From an uncultured bacterium (GTDB lineage Bacteria > Chlamydiota > Chlamydiia > Chlamydiales > SM23-39), in NCBI GenBank assembly GCA_963716985.1, contig OY970323.1, positions 1,696,001 through 1,760,000 of the forward strand: a stretch of DNA of 64,000 bases, given 5' to 3'. The notes beneath the pieces were generated by a model. It was not told where the DNA came from. It saw only the letters and a list, made by a program, of their open reading frames with translations, and made no database searches. Of this stretch, positions 9,343-19,515 are shown in pieces. Position 1 is the first letter of the stretch. Each line of letters starts with the position of its first letter. A program made the translations under genes and the position numbers.

Positions 9343-10523
9343 GCACATCTGATCTTTTTGTCTTTGCGGGAGAGGCAAGCGGAGATCTTTATGGAAAAGA
9401 GCTCGTTCGCTCCCTCAAAAAAGAAAATAAAACCCTTCGCATCTTTGGAGTTGCAGGTCCTTTGATGCGGCAAGAGGGGGTTGAGACGCTTCTTGAGATG
9501 GAAGAGTTTCAGGTGATTGGCTTTTTCGATGTGCTTATCTGTTTGCCAAAGCTCATCAAAAAGTTTTATTTTTTAAGAAGAGAAATACTCAAAAGAAACC
9601 CGTCAATCGCGCTCTTTATCGACTATCCCGGTTTTTGCCTTCGCCAAGAGCGCAGTTTACGAAAAAAAGGATATCAGGGCACCATCGTTCACGCGATTGC
9701 TCCCACCGTTTGGGCATGGGGGAAAAAACGGATCTCTTTAATAGAAAAAAACGTGGATATCCTCTTAACGCTCTTTCCTTTTGAAAAGGAGCTTTTCCCA
9801 ACAAGCTCTTTGCAAGTGGAATATGTGGGCCACCCCTTGGAAAAAAAAATTCCTCCTCAAGGACGCAAAAAAACGGGACAAAAAAAATTCATCGGGATAT
9901 TTCCGGGCAGCCGCAAAAAAGAGATCTTGAGAAACATTCCCTTTCAACTCGATGCAATACGCCATCTTTTTCAAAAAGATCCGTCTCTTTCCTTCTACAT
10001 TTCACTCGCACATCCGGAATGCTCCCCTCTCATTTTTTCACTCGCAGCAGATCTCAAAAAAGAGCTGAAAGAGCATCTGCTTTTTCTCTCTTTGGACGAG
10101 AAGGAACAGATGATGGGGAAAACCCTTTTTGCAATCGCCAAGTCGGGAACGATCACGCTAGAGCTCGCACTTCATGAGATCCCCTGCATTGTGATCTATG
10201 CCATTACGGCTTTAGATCTTTTTTTGGTCCGCTATCTATTGCGCATCAATCTTCCCCATTACTGCATCGTGAACATCCTCATGAAAAAAGAGATCTTTCC
10301 TGAGCTCTACGGACCCAATCTCACGCACAAAAATCTTCATTTTCAGGCCGAAGAATTTTTACAAAAAAAAGATCTTCTCCAAGAAAAAGTCAAAGAGTGC
10401 CGAACAATGCGGCTTCATCTAACAAAAGAAAACGAACCTCAAGATGCGGCTCAAGCGATTCTTTCTCTATCACGAAAATCCAAGCTCAGTCATTTTTCTT
10501 GTGATAAACAAACCCAGCGATAA
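9339..10523 (+). CDS. lpxB: Lipid-A-disaccharide synthase
   Basis: AGEASGDLYG, IDYPGF, PTVWAW, YVGHPL, PGSRKKEI, SGTITLE. Confidence 0.97.
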   Translation: MSTSDLFVFAGEASGDLYGKELVRSLKKENKTLRIFGVAGPLMRQEGVETLLEMEEFQVIGFFDVLICLPKLIKKFYFLRREILKRNPSIALFIDYPGFCLRQERSLRKKGYQGTIVHAIAPTVWAWGKKRISLIEKNVDILLTLFPFEKELFPTSSLQVEYVGHPLEKKIPPQGRKKTGQKKFIGIFPGSRKKEILRNIPFQLDAIRHLFQKDPSLSFYISLAHPECSPLIFSLAADLKKELKEHLLFLSLDEKEQMMGKTLFAIAKSGTITLELALHEIPCIVIYAITALDLFLVRYLLRINLPHYCIVNILMKKEIFPELYGPNLTHKNLHFQAEEFLQKKDLLQEKVKECRTMRLHLTKENEPQDAAQAILSLSRKSKLSHFSCDKQTQR

Positions 10524-10854
10524 TCGAAGAAAGAGGAAAAGAACATACCAACAACTTGATTCCCAAATCTCTTGAAATTGGGAAAAGAAAGGACAAAACT
10601 GCCAATATTGGCCAAACCAATACGCGTATCAATAAAGATAAAGAAGTTCTGTTGTTCTCCACCTCTATTTTTTTATCTACAATTGACTTTTCTCTCATAG
10701 CATATATAAATAATGAGAGAGTTACTAATCCTAAACATGCAATTGCAATTACATTCAGTTTTGAAATTTCTTTTTTAAATGGTTGCGCATCATCAGTAAA
10801 GATAGAAGGAGTATCAAAAATCGATCTTGCAACAGAGCTTAAGCTTGGCAACAT
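10486..10854 (-). CDS. Hypothetical membrane protein (Inc-like candidate)
   Basis: AT-rich ORF with AGAGG RBS and several hydrophobic segments. Confidence 0.55.
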   Translation of the reverse strand: MLPSLSSVARSIFDTPSIFTDDAQPFKKEISKLNVIAIACLGLVTLSLFIYAMREKSIVDKKIEVENNRTSLSLLIRVLVWPILAVLSFLFPISRDLGIKLLVCSFPLSSIIAGFVYHKKND

Positions 10855-10965
10855 ACAAATTCCTCTTTTTGTGTAATTTTTTTTGAAGCGTTTGCATAAA
10901 ACATAAAAAGCATCATCTCATGTTTAAGGCCTGAAGCCGCTTTTCACTTTGTTCAGCTGAATATC

Positions 10966-11361
10966 TCAATAAACTGCTGCATAAACTGCTAACGACAAAA
11001 AAGACAAACCAATCACGGCGCTAATTCTCTCTAACCAAAAATCTCGATAACATACAGATGAATATAAATCTTTTCCACAGGTGAAAGATCTGCTTATTCC
11101 AAAAGCAACAAATCCAATAACACCAAAAGCAGCAAAACCCAAATTGAGTAAAATTTTACCGACCTTTCCCATTGTTTCATTCGCTGCGTCCGAGCGGGCT
11201 GTCTCCCACCTCCAAGAGACATAAGTTTTACAACCCAAAACTCCCAAAACCGCTCCCCAAGGCCCCCCTGTCAAAAAACCAAATGTAGCCCCTCCAGCAA
11301 CACCTATGCATGTTTCAATTGTTTCTCCAAAAAATCCTAAAGTTGGTTGCGCAGCGCTCAT
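10966..11361 (-). CDS. Hypothetical membrane protein with Gly-zipper-like helices
   Basis: AGGAGG RBS; GVAGGATFGFLTGGPWGAVLGVLG plus further TM segments. Confidence 0.6.
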   Translation of the reverse strand: MSAAQPTLGFFGETIETCIGVAGGATFGFLTGGPWGAVLGVLGCKTYVSWRWETARSDAANETMGKVGKILLNLGFAAFGVIGFVAFGISRSFTCGKDLYSSVCYRDFWLERISAVIGLSFLSLAVYAAVY

Positions 11362-11501
11362 TTTTTACCCTCCTGATAAAAAATAAAAGGAATTTTAGGC
11401 ATACTAACTATTTTAATCAATCTCAGTTTTTTAGATGAAAAAGGCTTTTTCGTAAGTGTTCACGCGATGTTGTCAACTTCAGGGGGCCTTGTCCCTTATA
11501 C

Positions 11502-11671
11502 CTGATCGTTACCCATAAGTCCTATTTTCATCCGGGAAAACGTATTACGCACCCGGTTTTACGAGAAAAACAGGGGTGGCGGCTGATGTAAAAATATCGA
11601 TCGTTTTGACGTTTCATGTGTCTAGATCGAAGTCGTTGAACATAGGTCTCAAACTTATGGATAACGATTAG
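11502..11671. mobile_element. 170-bp MITE, IS4-family-like ends
   Basis: TIRs CTGATCGTTACCCATAAG / CTTATGGATAACGATTAG (2 mismatches); 9-bp flanking repeat CCCTTATAC / CCCTTATAT. Confidence 0.75.
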
Positions 11672-11689
11672 CCCTTATATACCAACAAA

Positions 11690-11868
11690 GGACGCAGTCT
11701 TTTGGAAATCTAACTTTGGGTTTCCAAAGGGAATACCTTTTGAGGATCGAGTAAGAGGGGGTTTTAAAGCCCTCGTCAGTCAGTCGAAAACTGACCGAAA
11801 AGGCGAACAAAGCCGAGCTTTCATCTACACCACAAGGCTGGTGATGTTCCGCTCATCTTGATAAAAAA
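11690..11868 (+). mobile_element. Possible IS200/IS605-type end remnant
   Basis: Several hairpins ending in GCTTTCATC...TTCCGCTCATCTTGATAAA, resembling IS605-group right ends; no ORF. Confidence 0.35.
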
Positions 11869-11944
11869 AGTCAAAGAAAACTTTCAGAGTGGATTAAAAT
11901 GAGATTTTATCATAAATTTAAACCACTTTTGCAATGAGTTTTCT

Positions 11945-12403
11945 ATGGCATCTGTTTTCAAAATTTCTCTAGACTCCCTCAAAGAGGGAGAGCAGCTGCT
12001 CATCAACGAAACACTCTCTTGCGATTTTTTGGATGTTCACGAAGAGGATCTTCGGTTCCGAGAGACGGTTTTGGTGCAAGGGAAAGCCTCCCGAGCAGAC
12101 AATCATATCTTGTTGGATATCAACGTTCAATGCATAGCCCTTCTCCCCTGTGCTATCTGTAATGAATGGACGGAGTTTCCGCTCTCCTTGGAGCATCTTC
12201 AGATCGTAGAAGAAATAAAAGAATCAAGGGATCGTTTTTTCGACTGCACGGAAAATCTACGCGAGCTCATTCTTCTGGATGTGCCCCAATTTACCGAATG
12301 CCACAGCGGCTCTTGCCCAGAAAGAAAAAATATGGAATGCTATTGCAAACAATCAACGGAAAAGAAAATTCCAGAGTATTTTCCTTTCGAACAGTTAAAA
12401 TAA
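11945..12403 (+). CDS. YceD/DUF177 family protein
   Basis: CAIC...LRELILLDVP...C.SGSC...YFPF; directly upstream of rpmF. Confidence 0.85.
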   Translation: MASVFKISLDSLKEGEQLLINETLSCDFLDVHEEDLRFRETVLVQGKASRADNHILLDINVQCIALLPCAICNEWTEFPLSLEHLQIVEEIKESRDRFFDCTENLRELILLDVPQFTECHSGSCPERKNMECYCKQSTEKKIPEYFPFEQLK

Positions 12404-12421
12404 ATTTTTAAGGAGTAAAAA

Positions 12422-12613
12422 ATGGCAGTCCCACGTAACCGCCACTCGAATGCGAGAAAGAATTCCAAACGATCGCATATGGCAAAAAAACCAAAAACTA
12501 CGACCAGATGTCCCAATTGCAAAAATCCGATCCTTCCCCATCGCCTCTGTCCCTCTTGCGGATATTATGCCAATCGCGCCATCCTCCCTTCTCATGAATC
12601 AAAAGAATCGTAA
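12422..12613 (+). CDS. rpmF: 50S ribosomal protein L32
   Basis: MAVPRNRHSNARKNSKRSH...CPNC...PHRLCPSCGYY. Confidence 0.97.
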   Translation: MAVPRNRHSNARKNSKRSHMAKKPKTTTRCPNCKNPILPHRLCPSCGYYANRAILPSHESKES

Positions 12614-13550
12614 GATCGGGATCGATCTTTTGGGAGGCGAAAAACCTCCCGACGAGCTTTTTTCTGCTTTTGTGGAATGGAACTGTCGGCTCAACAAAGA
12701 GATTTCCTTTCTTCTTTTGGCAAGAGAGGAGCAATGCGCGTCTTTTAAAAAATTTGCAACCCCTTCTCTTTCATTTTTCCCCGTAAAGGAAACCATCGGC
12801 CTGGAGGAAAACCCTCTGTTTGCCATCCGCAAAAAGAAAGAGTCTTCGATTGCCCTGGGGATGCGTCTTCTCAAGGAAAAGAAAATCGACGCACTTGTTT
12901 CCTTAGGGAATACGGGAGCTCTTGTCGCTTCTGCTTCCATGGAACTGCCCATGAAGCAAGCGCACCGGCCCGCCCTGATGGCCCTGCTGCCCACCAAAAA
13001 GTCTCCGTTTGCCCTGATTGACGTCGGGGCTAATGTGTCCGTGAAAGCGCGCGAGCTGAAAGAGTTCGCTCTCATGGGGTCTGCTCTTCAAAAATTCCAA
13101 GGAGTTGACCGTCCAAGGGTGGGCCTTCTCAACATCGGATCTGAAGCCGTCAAAGGAACCAAAGAGATCCAAGAAGCGTTTCGAGAAATCGAAAAGATTT
13201 CTCAAGAAAAGGAGTTTTCCTTTGCCGGGAACATAGAGGCAAAAGAAGTTTTTGAGGGAGGCGTAGATGTCCTTGTCGCGGATGGTTTTGCCGGGAACGT
13301 TCTTTTAAAAACCGCAGAAGGTTTTTCTTCCCTCGTGATGGATTTATTAAAAAAACACCCCGCGTTTTCAGAGGTCCAAAAATTTCTTTCCTACGCAGAA
13401 TATGGAGGAGCTCTTCTTCTGGGAGTGGAGGGACTGGTCATCAAGTGCCATAGCTACTCCTCTCCAAACGCTTTTCTTTCGGCAATCCAAATGGCCATAA
13501 AATGGAGTCAAAGGGACTTTCCCTCCTTTTTAAGAGAGTATTTATCTTAA
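12594..13550 (+). CDS. plsX: Phosphate acyltransferase PlsX
   Basis: IGIDLLGGE, GNTGA, RPAL, DVGAN, LLNIGSE..KG, DGFAGNVLLKTAEG, YGGALLLG; likely ATG at 12594. Confidence 0.95.
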   Translation: MNQKNRKIGIDLLGGEKPPDELFSAFVEWNCRLNKEISFLLLAREEQCASFKKFATPSLSFFPVKETIGLEENPLFAIRKKKESSIALGMRLLKEKKIDALVSLGNTGALVASASMELPMKQAHRPALMALLPTKKSPFALIDVGANVSVKARELKEFALMGSALQKFQGVDRPRVGLLNIGSEAVKGTKEIQEAFREIEKISQEKEFSFAGNIEAKEVFEGGVDVLVADGFAGNVLLKTAEGFSSLVMDLLKKHPAFSEVQKFLSYAEYGGALLLGVEGLVIKCHSYSSPNAFLSAIQMAIKWSQRDFPSFLREYLS

Positions 13551-13621
13551 AGAAAAGTTTTTTCCTAGAAAATGATTCTAAATTTGTTATGATAAAAGAT
13601 TGACAATTTACCGGTTTTTTT

Positions 13622-15166
13622 ATGCAAGAAATCCTTCTTAACATCGAGTCCAAAGAAATTCGCTACGCCTACCTCAAACACGGCAAGCTAGAGGATGTGA
13701 TCGTCGAAAGAAAAAAATCACGTCAGATCACTGGAAATATCTACCGTGGAAAGGTCACCAATATCCTGCACAATATCCAATCCGCCTTCATCGACATTAA
13801 CGAAGAAGAAAATGGATTCATCCATATCAGCGACATTCTGGAAAACACAAGAAAATTCGAAGAAATGTTTGACATGGACTTCGACCTCGACCAACGTCCG
13901 GAAAAAAAACAAAGCAGTGGCACGACAAGCGGAGATATCAATAAAATCTTAAAACCCAATCAACCCGTATTAGTGCAGGTGGTCAAAGAACCCATCGGCA
14001 CGAAAGGAGCCAGGCTGACTTCCAATATTTCTATTGCCGGCCGCTATCTCGTCTTTCTGCCCAATACTCCTCACCGGGGAGTTTCTCGAAAAATCGAAGA
14101 TCGAACAAGCCGCGAGCGTTTGAAAAAAATGATCCGTTCCTTCGAAATGCCGGGAGATATGGGGCTCATCTGCCGCACGTCGAGCGTGCATGCAACTCCC
14201 GAAATGCTCATCGCCGAAGCGACAGATCTCTTGCATACCTGGCAAACGGTGGTCGAAAAATTCCACGAGTCTACAGGGCCTACTTGCCTTTATGAAGAAT
14301 CCGATCTCATTAAAAGAGCCGTGCTCACATCGGTGGATAAAAAATATGAACGTCTTCTTGTGGATGATTACGCCGTCTTCCAACGCTGCAAACGGATCTA
14401 TCAAAAGTATGAACTAGAACATCCCTTAAAAATCGAATTCTATCGCGATAAGATTCCCATGTTCGAGCGTTTCAACGTTGAAAGAGAGATCGAAAAAGCC
14501 ATGAAGAGAAAAATCTGGCTTCCGAGCGGCGGATATCTATTTTTCGACAAAACAGAAGCCATGTACACGATTGACGTAAACTCCGGAAAGAGCGGTTCTT
14601 CTTCCTCAAGCGGAAACGTGGAAGAGTCGCTCGTTCGCATCAACCTGGAAGCGGCAGAAGAAATTGCAAGGCAGCTGCGTCTGCGCAACATTGGAGGGCT
14701 CATCATTTGCGACTTCATCGACATGCGCTATCGAAAAAATCAAAAACGCGTATTGGAAAGGCTCAGGGAAAACATGAAAGAAGACTCTGCCAAATGCACG
14801 ATTTTGGGGATGAGCGAATTTGGCCTGGTCGAAATGACAAGACAGAGAAACAGGGAATCTCTTATGCAGACCATTTTGACTGCCTGCCCCTATTGCAACG
14901 GTCTTGGATCGATCAAAAGCGCGGAGAGTATTTCCATCGAAATTGAGCGATCTTTGAAGAGGCTTCTTCATTCGCAAGAGGATTTAGAGGTCAAGGTCGT
15001 TGTCCACCCGGACATGCGGCGCTATCTGCAAATCGACGATCATGACTATTTGCAAACGCTTTTGAAAAAAAACCGCTGCCGTCTGGAATTTGAAACGAAC
15101 GATTCGATTCACTTAAATGATTTTACCCTCTTCTCCAAACAACTCAACCAAAAGATAGATGCCTAA
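13622..15166 (+). CDS. Ribonuclease E/G family
   Basis: GNIYRGKV..I S1 domain; VQVVKEPIGTKGARLT; IDVNSG; LRNIGGLIICDFIDM; CPYC.G.G. Confidence 0.96.
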   Translation: MQEILLNIESKEIRYAYLKHGKLEDVIVERKKSRQITGNIYRGKVTNILHNIQSAFIDINEEENGFIHISDILENTRKFEEMFDMDFDLDQRPEKKQSSGTTSGDINKILKPNQPVLVQVVKEPIGTKGARLTSNISIAGRYLVFLPNTPHRGVSRKIEDRTSRERLKKMIRSFEMPGDMGLICRTSSVHATPEMLIAEATDLLHTWQTVVEKFHESTGPTCLYEESDLIKRAVLTSVDKKYERLLVDDYAVFQRCKRIYQKYELEHPLKIEFYRDKIPMFERFNVEREIEKAMKRKIWLPSGGYLFFDKTEAMYTIDVNSGKSGSSSSSGNVEESLVRINLEAAEEIARQLRLRNIGGLIICDFIDMRYRKNQKRVLERLRENMKEDSAKCTILGMSEFGLVEMTRQRNRESLMQTILTACPYCNGLGSIKSAESISIEIERSLKRLLHSQEDLEVKVVVHPDMRRYLQIDDHDYLQTLLKKNRCRLEFETNDSIHLNDFTLFSKQLNQKIDA

Positions 15167-16196
15167 CATTCAAGAGAAAGAATTATTCGAATTGTTGGAC
15201 CGTTCCCTGAAAAAAGGAGTACTGCCGGGAAAAACCCATCGCATTCTTCTGGAATTTTATGACTGCTACAAAAAGGCTGCGCTCATGGCCGGCTCTAGCG
15301 AAAAAATTTTCATCCCTCTTTTTTTTACCTACGTCCAGCTCATCATCGAACAGTTCCACTCCCCTTTTTCCTTCTCCCCTTATCATGAAAAAATTCGCTC
15401 TCCGTTTGATTATTATCGCTTTGGGCTCGATTTCCTTCGGCCCATTGTGGACCTGCACCGCTCCACACTACTTGGAGACCGCTCTTTGAATGAGATCTCC
15501 TCCTATCTCAAGAAAGGGGAAAACGTCGTCTTTTTCGCCAACCACCAGGTAGAGCCCGATCCGCAAATCATGAGCCTTCTCTTGGAAAAAAAATATCCAA
15601 CGCTTGCCGAAGAGATTATTTTTGTTGCCGGAGAGCGCGTGCTGATCGATCCCTTGGCAATCCCCTTAAGCATGGGGCGCAACCTCTTATGCATCTATTC
15701 GAAAAAACATATCGACTACCCCCCCGAGTGCAAACTCCAAAAGCAGCTCCATAACAAGCGCACGATGAAAAAAATGAGCGCTCTTCTCTCCGAGGGAGGA
15801 AAGGCGATTTTCGTAGCACCGAGCGGAGGAAGAGACCGCCCCGATGAATCGGGCAAGATTGAAGTCGCTCCCTTTGACCCCAGCAGCATCGAGATGTTTT
15901 ATTTGATGGCAGAAAAAGCCAAAAAGCCGACGCATTTCTATCCTTTGGCGCTACTCACCTATGATATTTTACCGCCGCCCCCCTCTCTCGAAAGGGAAAC
16001 GGGAGAGAGAAGGATCACCCAATATGCCCCGGCCCATATGGCTGTGGGCAAAGAAATCGATATGGCCTCATTTCCCGGAAATGAGGGCCAAAATAAAGAG
16101 ATTAAAAGAAAAAACCGCGCCGATTATATTTATTCTCTTGTCGTAAAAGATTACAAAAAACTTTGTTCTAAAAATAAAAAAAGGGCCCCTTTATGA
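15159..16196 (+). CDS. plsB: Plant/chlamydial-type glycerol-3-phosphate O-acyltransferase
   Basis: NHQVEPDP (HxxxxD); VAGERV..DP...SMGRNLLCIYSKKH; APSGGRDRP; YDILPPP. Confidence 0.9.
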   Translation: MPNIQEKELFELLDRSLKKGVLPGKTHRILLEFYDCYKKAALMAGSSEKIFIPLFFTYVQLIIEQFHSPFSFSPYHEKIRSPFDYYRFGLDFLRPIVDLHRSTLLGDRSLNEISSYLKKGENVVFFANHQVEPDPQIMSLLLEKKYPTLAEEIIFVAGERVLIDPLAIPLSMGRNLLCIYSKKHIDYPPECKLQKQLHNKRTMKKMSALLSEGGKAIFVAPSGGRDRPDESGKIEVAPFDPSSIEMFYLMAEKAKKPTHFYPLALLTYDILPPPPSLERETGERRITQYAPAHMAVGKEIDMASFPGNEGQNKEIKRKNRADYIYSLVVKDYKKLCSKNKKRAPL

Positions 16197-19183
16197 AAAT
16201 CCCACTTTCCTTATTCTGCCTTCTTGCAAGTACTGCAACCTTTGCAGAAGAAACGCAAACAACAACAGATGCGAGAGAACAGGCGATTGTCCTGCAAGAA
16301 AAAAAAGAAGCTCTGAACTATCTTCCCATAAAGGACGAGTCCGACCTTTCCATTCTTTCTCCCTCTTTGCAAGATCGAAAAACAGCCAAGCTGAAGCTTC
16401 CAAACGGGCTTAGCGTCTATTTAATTTCCGATCCAGAGGCCACTCAAGACGCTGCAGCCCTTGGCGTTCGTGTCGGATCCTGGAATGATCCGAAAACCTA
16501 TCCCGGTATGGCCCATTTTTTGGAACACATGCTATTTCAAGGGACAAAAGCCTATCCCAATTCTTCCGAGTACATGCGTTTTATCTGGGATCACGGAGGC
16601 TGCCCCAATGCCTTTACCGCCAATGATCGGACCGTCTACATGTTCTCCATCAATCCCTCCTCTTTCCTCGAAGCACTGGACCGCTTCTCCCATTTTTTTA
16701 TCGATCCGCTCTTTCATCCGGCCCAAATTGAAAACGAGCTTTTTGCCGTCGATCAAGAATTTGGAAAGAACATCGAAAACGATAATTGGAGGCTCTATCA
16801 AATCTCCAAGGAAACGGGAAATCCCGCCCATCCCAACGCTCTTTTTTCGACAGGCAATTCGAAAACCTTGCGAGGGATTCCACAAGAAGAGATGAAAAAG
16901 TGGTATGAAACCTTCTATAGCTCCAATCTGATGGACCTCGTCGTCTATTCTTCGCTTCCATTAGAAACGCTGCAAGAGCAAGTGGTGGAAAAATTTCAAA
17001 GGATTCCGAATCGAAATGCTCTTGCTTTCTTTTCATCGGAGCCTCTAACCTCCGCGCAGCAAAGGGGCCACTTCATCTACGTATCGCCCATCCAAAAAAT
17101 CGAGCGCCTAACCCTTCAATGGGAACTTCCCCAATCTCTTGCCAAAGATGAGAGCAAATCTGCTGCGCTCATTGCCTATGCGATCACAAGAGGCTCTTCT
17201 AAAAGTCTTTTGGAATATCTAAAAAAAGAGGGCCTTGCAGAAAACCTTTCAGCCCAAAGCGAAGAGATCGGCTCTTTATACCATCTTTTTTCCATCGATA
17301 TCGACCTAACCGATAAGGGCGTCGAAAACCTTACGAAGGTCATCCAGACCACCTTTGAAACTCTCGCACTTCTGAAAGAATCGCCGCTTCCCTTTTATCT
17401 CTTCGATGAAATGAAGCTTATGCGGGAAATTAACTACCGGTATCAGGAGAGGGAAGACCCCTTTGTTTTTGTCAAAAACCACGCGTCCCAACTCTTAGAC
17501 GAAGAGCTCTCCACCTACCCTCGAAAAACGCTCTTTCCTTCGCATTATGACAAAGAGCGCATCGCGCAAGTGTTGACCTCTCTATCTCCACAAGAGTGCC
17601 AAGTTTACGTCTGCGCAGACCCCAAGCTAACCCATGTAGCGCCGCAAGAGAAAGAAGAGTGGCTTGGCGGTGAATATACCATTGCAGAAATCTCTCAAGA
17701 AACACTCTCTTCTTGGGAAAACGCCCATCCCAATCCTGAAATCCAGCTCCCATTGCCCAATGCTTTTATTCCTACCCACCTCAGTATCGTGAACCATTCT
17801 CAAGAAACAAAAGATCTGCCGCCCGCCAAGCTGATCGATTCGGAAATGGGAAAGGTTTTTTTCAACGAACGCGATCCTTTCCAAACGCCGACGGTCGCGT
17901 GGGATATCCATATGAAAAGTCCGCTCTTGGACGCAAGCGCATCATCTTTTGCCCATTCGGATCTTTTTTTAAACATGCTCGAAGACAAATTACAGCCTCT
18001 ACTGTCAAACGCAACGAGTGCCGGATTGGACCTTAGGCTTTGCCGCAACCATTATCGCATCGAACTTTCCCTCAATGGCTATAGCGAAAAAGCCCCTCTT
18101 TTTCTCAAAGAAGTTCTCCAATCTCTTAAAAATGCCTCCTTTTCCCAAGAAGATTTTGACAGATCCTTTGTCGCATTGAAAAGGTTCTATGAAAACTGCG
18201 CGCACGACATGCCCATGATGCAAGCAAAAGAGCTGCAAAACTCTTTTCTTTCCCCCTCTAACATCACGAGCGCGGAAAAAGCAAAGGCGCTGCAAGATCT
18301 GTCGCTGGAAAAACTCATTGAATTTCAAAAAAAGCTCACGGAGAGTCTCTACTTAGAAGTCTTCTTTGCCGGAAACATGACAAAAAGCGATGCCGCATCT
18401 GCCTGGAGCTCCATCACCGAGACCCTGCACTTTTCTCCTTTCCCTCCCTCTCAGCACTTGCAAAAACAGGTATTGCTGCTCCCCTCTGCAGGCAAACCCC
18501 TTGAGCTTGTGCAGACCACAGAAGCTCTGGGAAGCGGTGTGGTCCTAACGCTTGGGCAAGGAGACTTTTCCTTCTCCGCAAGATCTGCCCAGCAAATCCT
18601 CGCATCTGCCCTCAAGGAAGCCTTCTTTACAGCTCTCAGGTCCAAACAAAAAACGGCCTATATTGCCAAAAGCTGGGAAGAAGAAATCGAAAGACAACTA
18701 TTTCATTCCTTTGCCGTTCAATCCAGTTCTCATGACGTTTCCGATCTAATCCATCGGTTTGAATTTTTCATCGAAGATTTTGCTCAGAACGTCACGACTT
18801 ATATTCCTGAAGGTCGTTTTTCCGCGCTGAAACAGGATCTCATCACCCAGCTCTCCAATCCTCCGAAAAACCTCCAAGAGATGCTCCTGCGCAAGTCCAC
18901 TCTTGCCTTTGACTATCAAGAGGATTTTCAGTGGATCGAAAAACGCACGGAGGCTTTAAAAGAGCTGTCCTATAAGGATTTTCTCACCTTTGTCCAAACA
19001 ACCTTTTCCTATCGCAACAATGGAAGGCTCGCAGTCTTGTATCAAGGCAAGCTTCTTCAGGAAGAAAACGTTTCTTATGCTCCCATTTCCGTCGAAGATC
19101 TGCTGAAAAAAAGCCGCTACATTACGGCAAAAGGAGAAAAAGAGGATCTTCCTTTTGAAGAAGAGACAGCCACTGAGAAGTGA
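16193..19183 (+). CDS. Exported insulinase family (M16A) metalloprotease
   Basis: Signal peptide; GMAHFLEHMLFQGT (HxxEH); NAFT; F..LRSKQKTAY. Confidence 0.93.
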   Translation: MKIPLSLFCLLASTATFAEETQTTTDAREQAIVLQEKKEALNYLPIKDESDLSILSPSLQDRKTAKLKLPNGLSVYLISDPEATQDAAALGVRVGSWNDPKTYPGMAHFLEHMLFQGTKAYPNSSEYMRFIWDHGGCPNAFTANDRTVYMFSINPSSFLEALDRFSHFFIDPLFHPAQIENELFAVDQEFGKNIENDNWRLYQISKETGNPAHPNALFSTGNSKTLRGIPQEEMKKWYETFYSSNLMDLVVYSSLPLETLQEQVVEKFQRIPNRNALAFFSSEPLTSAQQRGHFIYVSPIQKIERLTLQWELPQSLAKDESKSAALIAYAITRGSSKSLLEYLKKEGLAENLSAQSEEIGSLYHLFSIDIDLTDKGVENLTKVIQTTFETLALLKESPLPFYLFDEMKLMREINYRYQEREDPFVFVKNHASQLLDEELSTYPRKTLFPSHYDKERIAQVLTSLSPQECQVYVCADPKLTHVAPQEKEEWLGGEYTIAEISQETLSSWENAHPNPEIQLPLPNAFIPTHLSIVNHSQETKDLPPAKLIDSEMGKVFFNERDPFQTPTVAWDIHMKSPLLDASASSFAHSDLFLNMLEDKLQPLLSNATSAGLDLRLCRNHYRIELSLNGYSEKAPLFLKEVLQSLKNASFSQEDFDRSFVALKRFYENCAHDMPMMQAKELQNSFLSPSNITSAEKAKALQDLSLEKLIEFQKKLTESLYLEVFFAGNMTKSDAASAWSSITETLHFSPFPPSQHLQKQVLLLPSAGKPLELVQTTEALGSGVVLTLGQGDFSFSARSAQQILASALKEAFFTALRSKQKTAYIAKSWEEEIERQLFHSFAVQSSSHDVSDLIHRFEFFIEDFAQNVTTYIPEGRFSALKQDLITQLSNPPKNLQEMLLRKSTLAFDYQEDFQWIEKRTEALKELSYKDFLTFVQTTFSYRNNGRLAVLYQGKLLQEENVSYAPISVEDLLKKSRYITAKGEKEDLPFEEETATEK

Positions 19184-19287
19184 GAGATAGCCTCTGATTT
19201 TTTTTGATTGGGTTGGATGTGCCGATTTTCTTTTCGATTTTTCCCAAAAGTCTTTCACGATCTAACCGATCTTTTTTTTCTCTCTTA

Positions 19288-19503
19288 ATGAAAAAGTTGT
19301 TCTCGTTTTTAGCAGTATTCATGAGTAGTTTTTTGTTTGCGCAGCAATTTCCTGCCCCAGGAGCATTTACCATTCAAGGAGAAGCAATTTATCTGCTTCC
19401 AAATGTAGGATCTACTTTCATTCAAAACGAAAATCCGTTTTGCTTTTGGGCGAGGGAGGTTCAATACAAGGTCAAAAGTCAGGCTTTACGTGTCAAACTC
19501 TAG
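19288..19503 (+). pseudogene. Truncated exported/outer-membrane protein N-terminus
   Basis: MKKLFSFLAVFMSSFLFA signal peptide then F.IQGEAIYLLP; ends a few bases before an insertion-site duplication. Confidence 0.45.
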
Positions 19504-19515
19504 AAAGACTATTCT

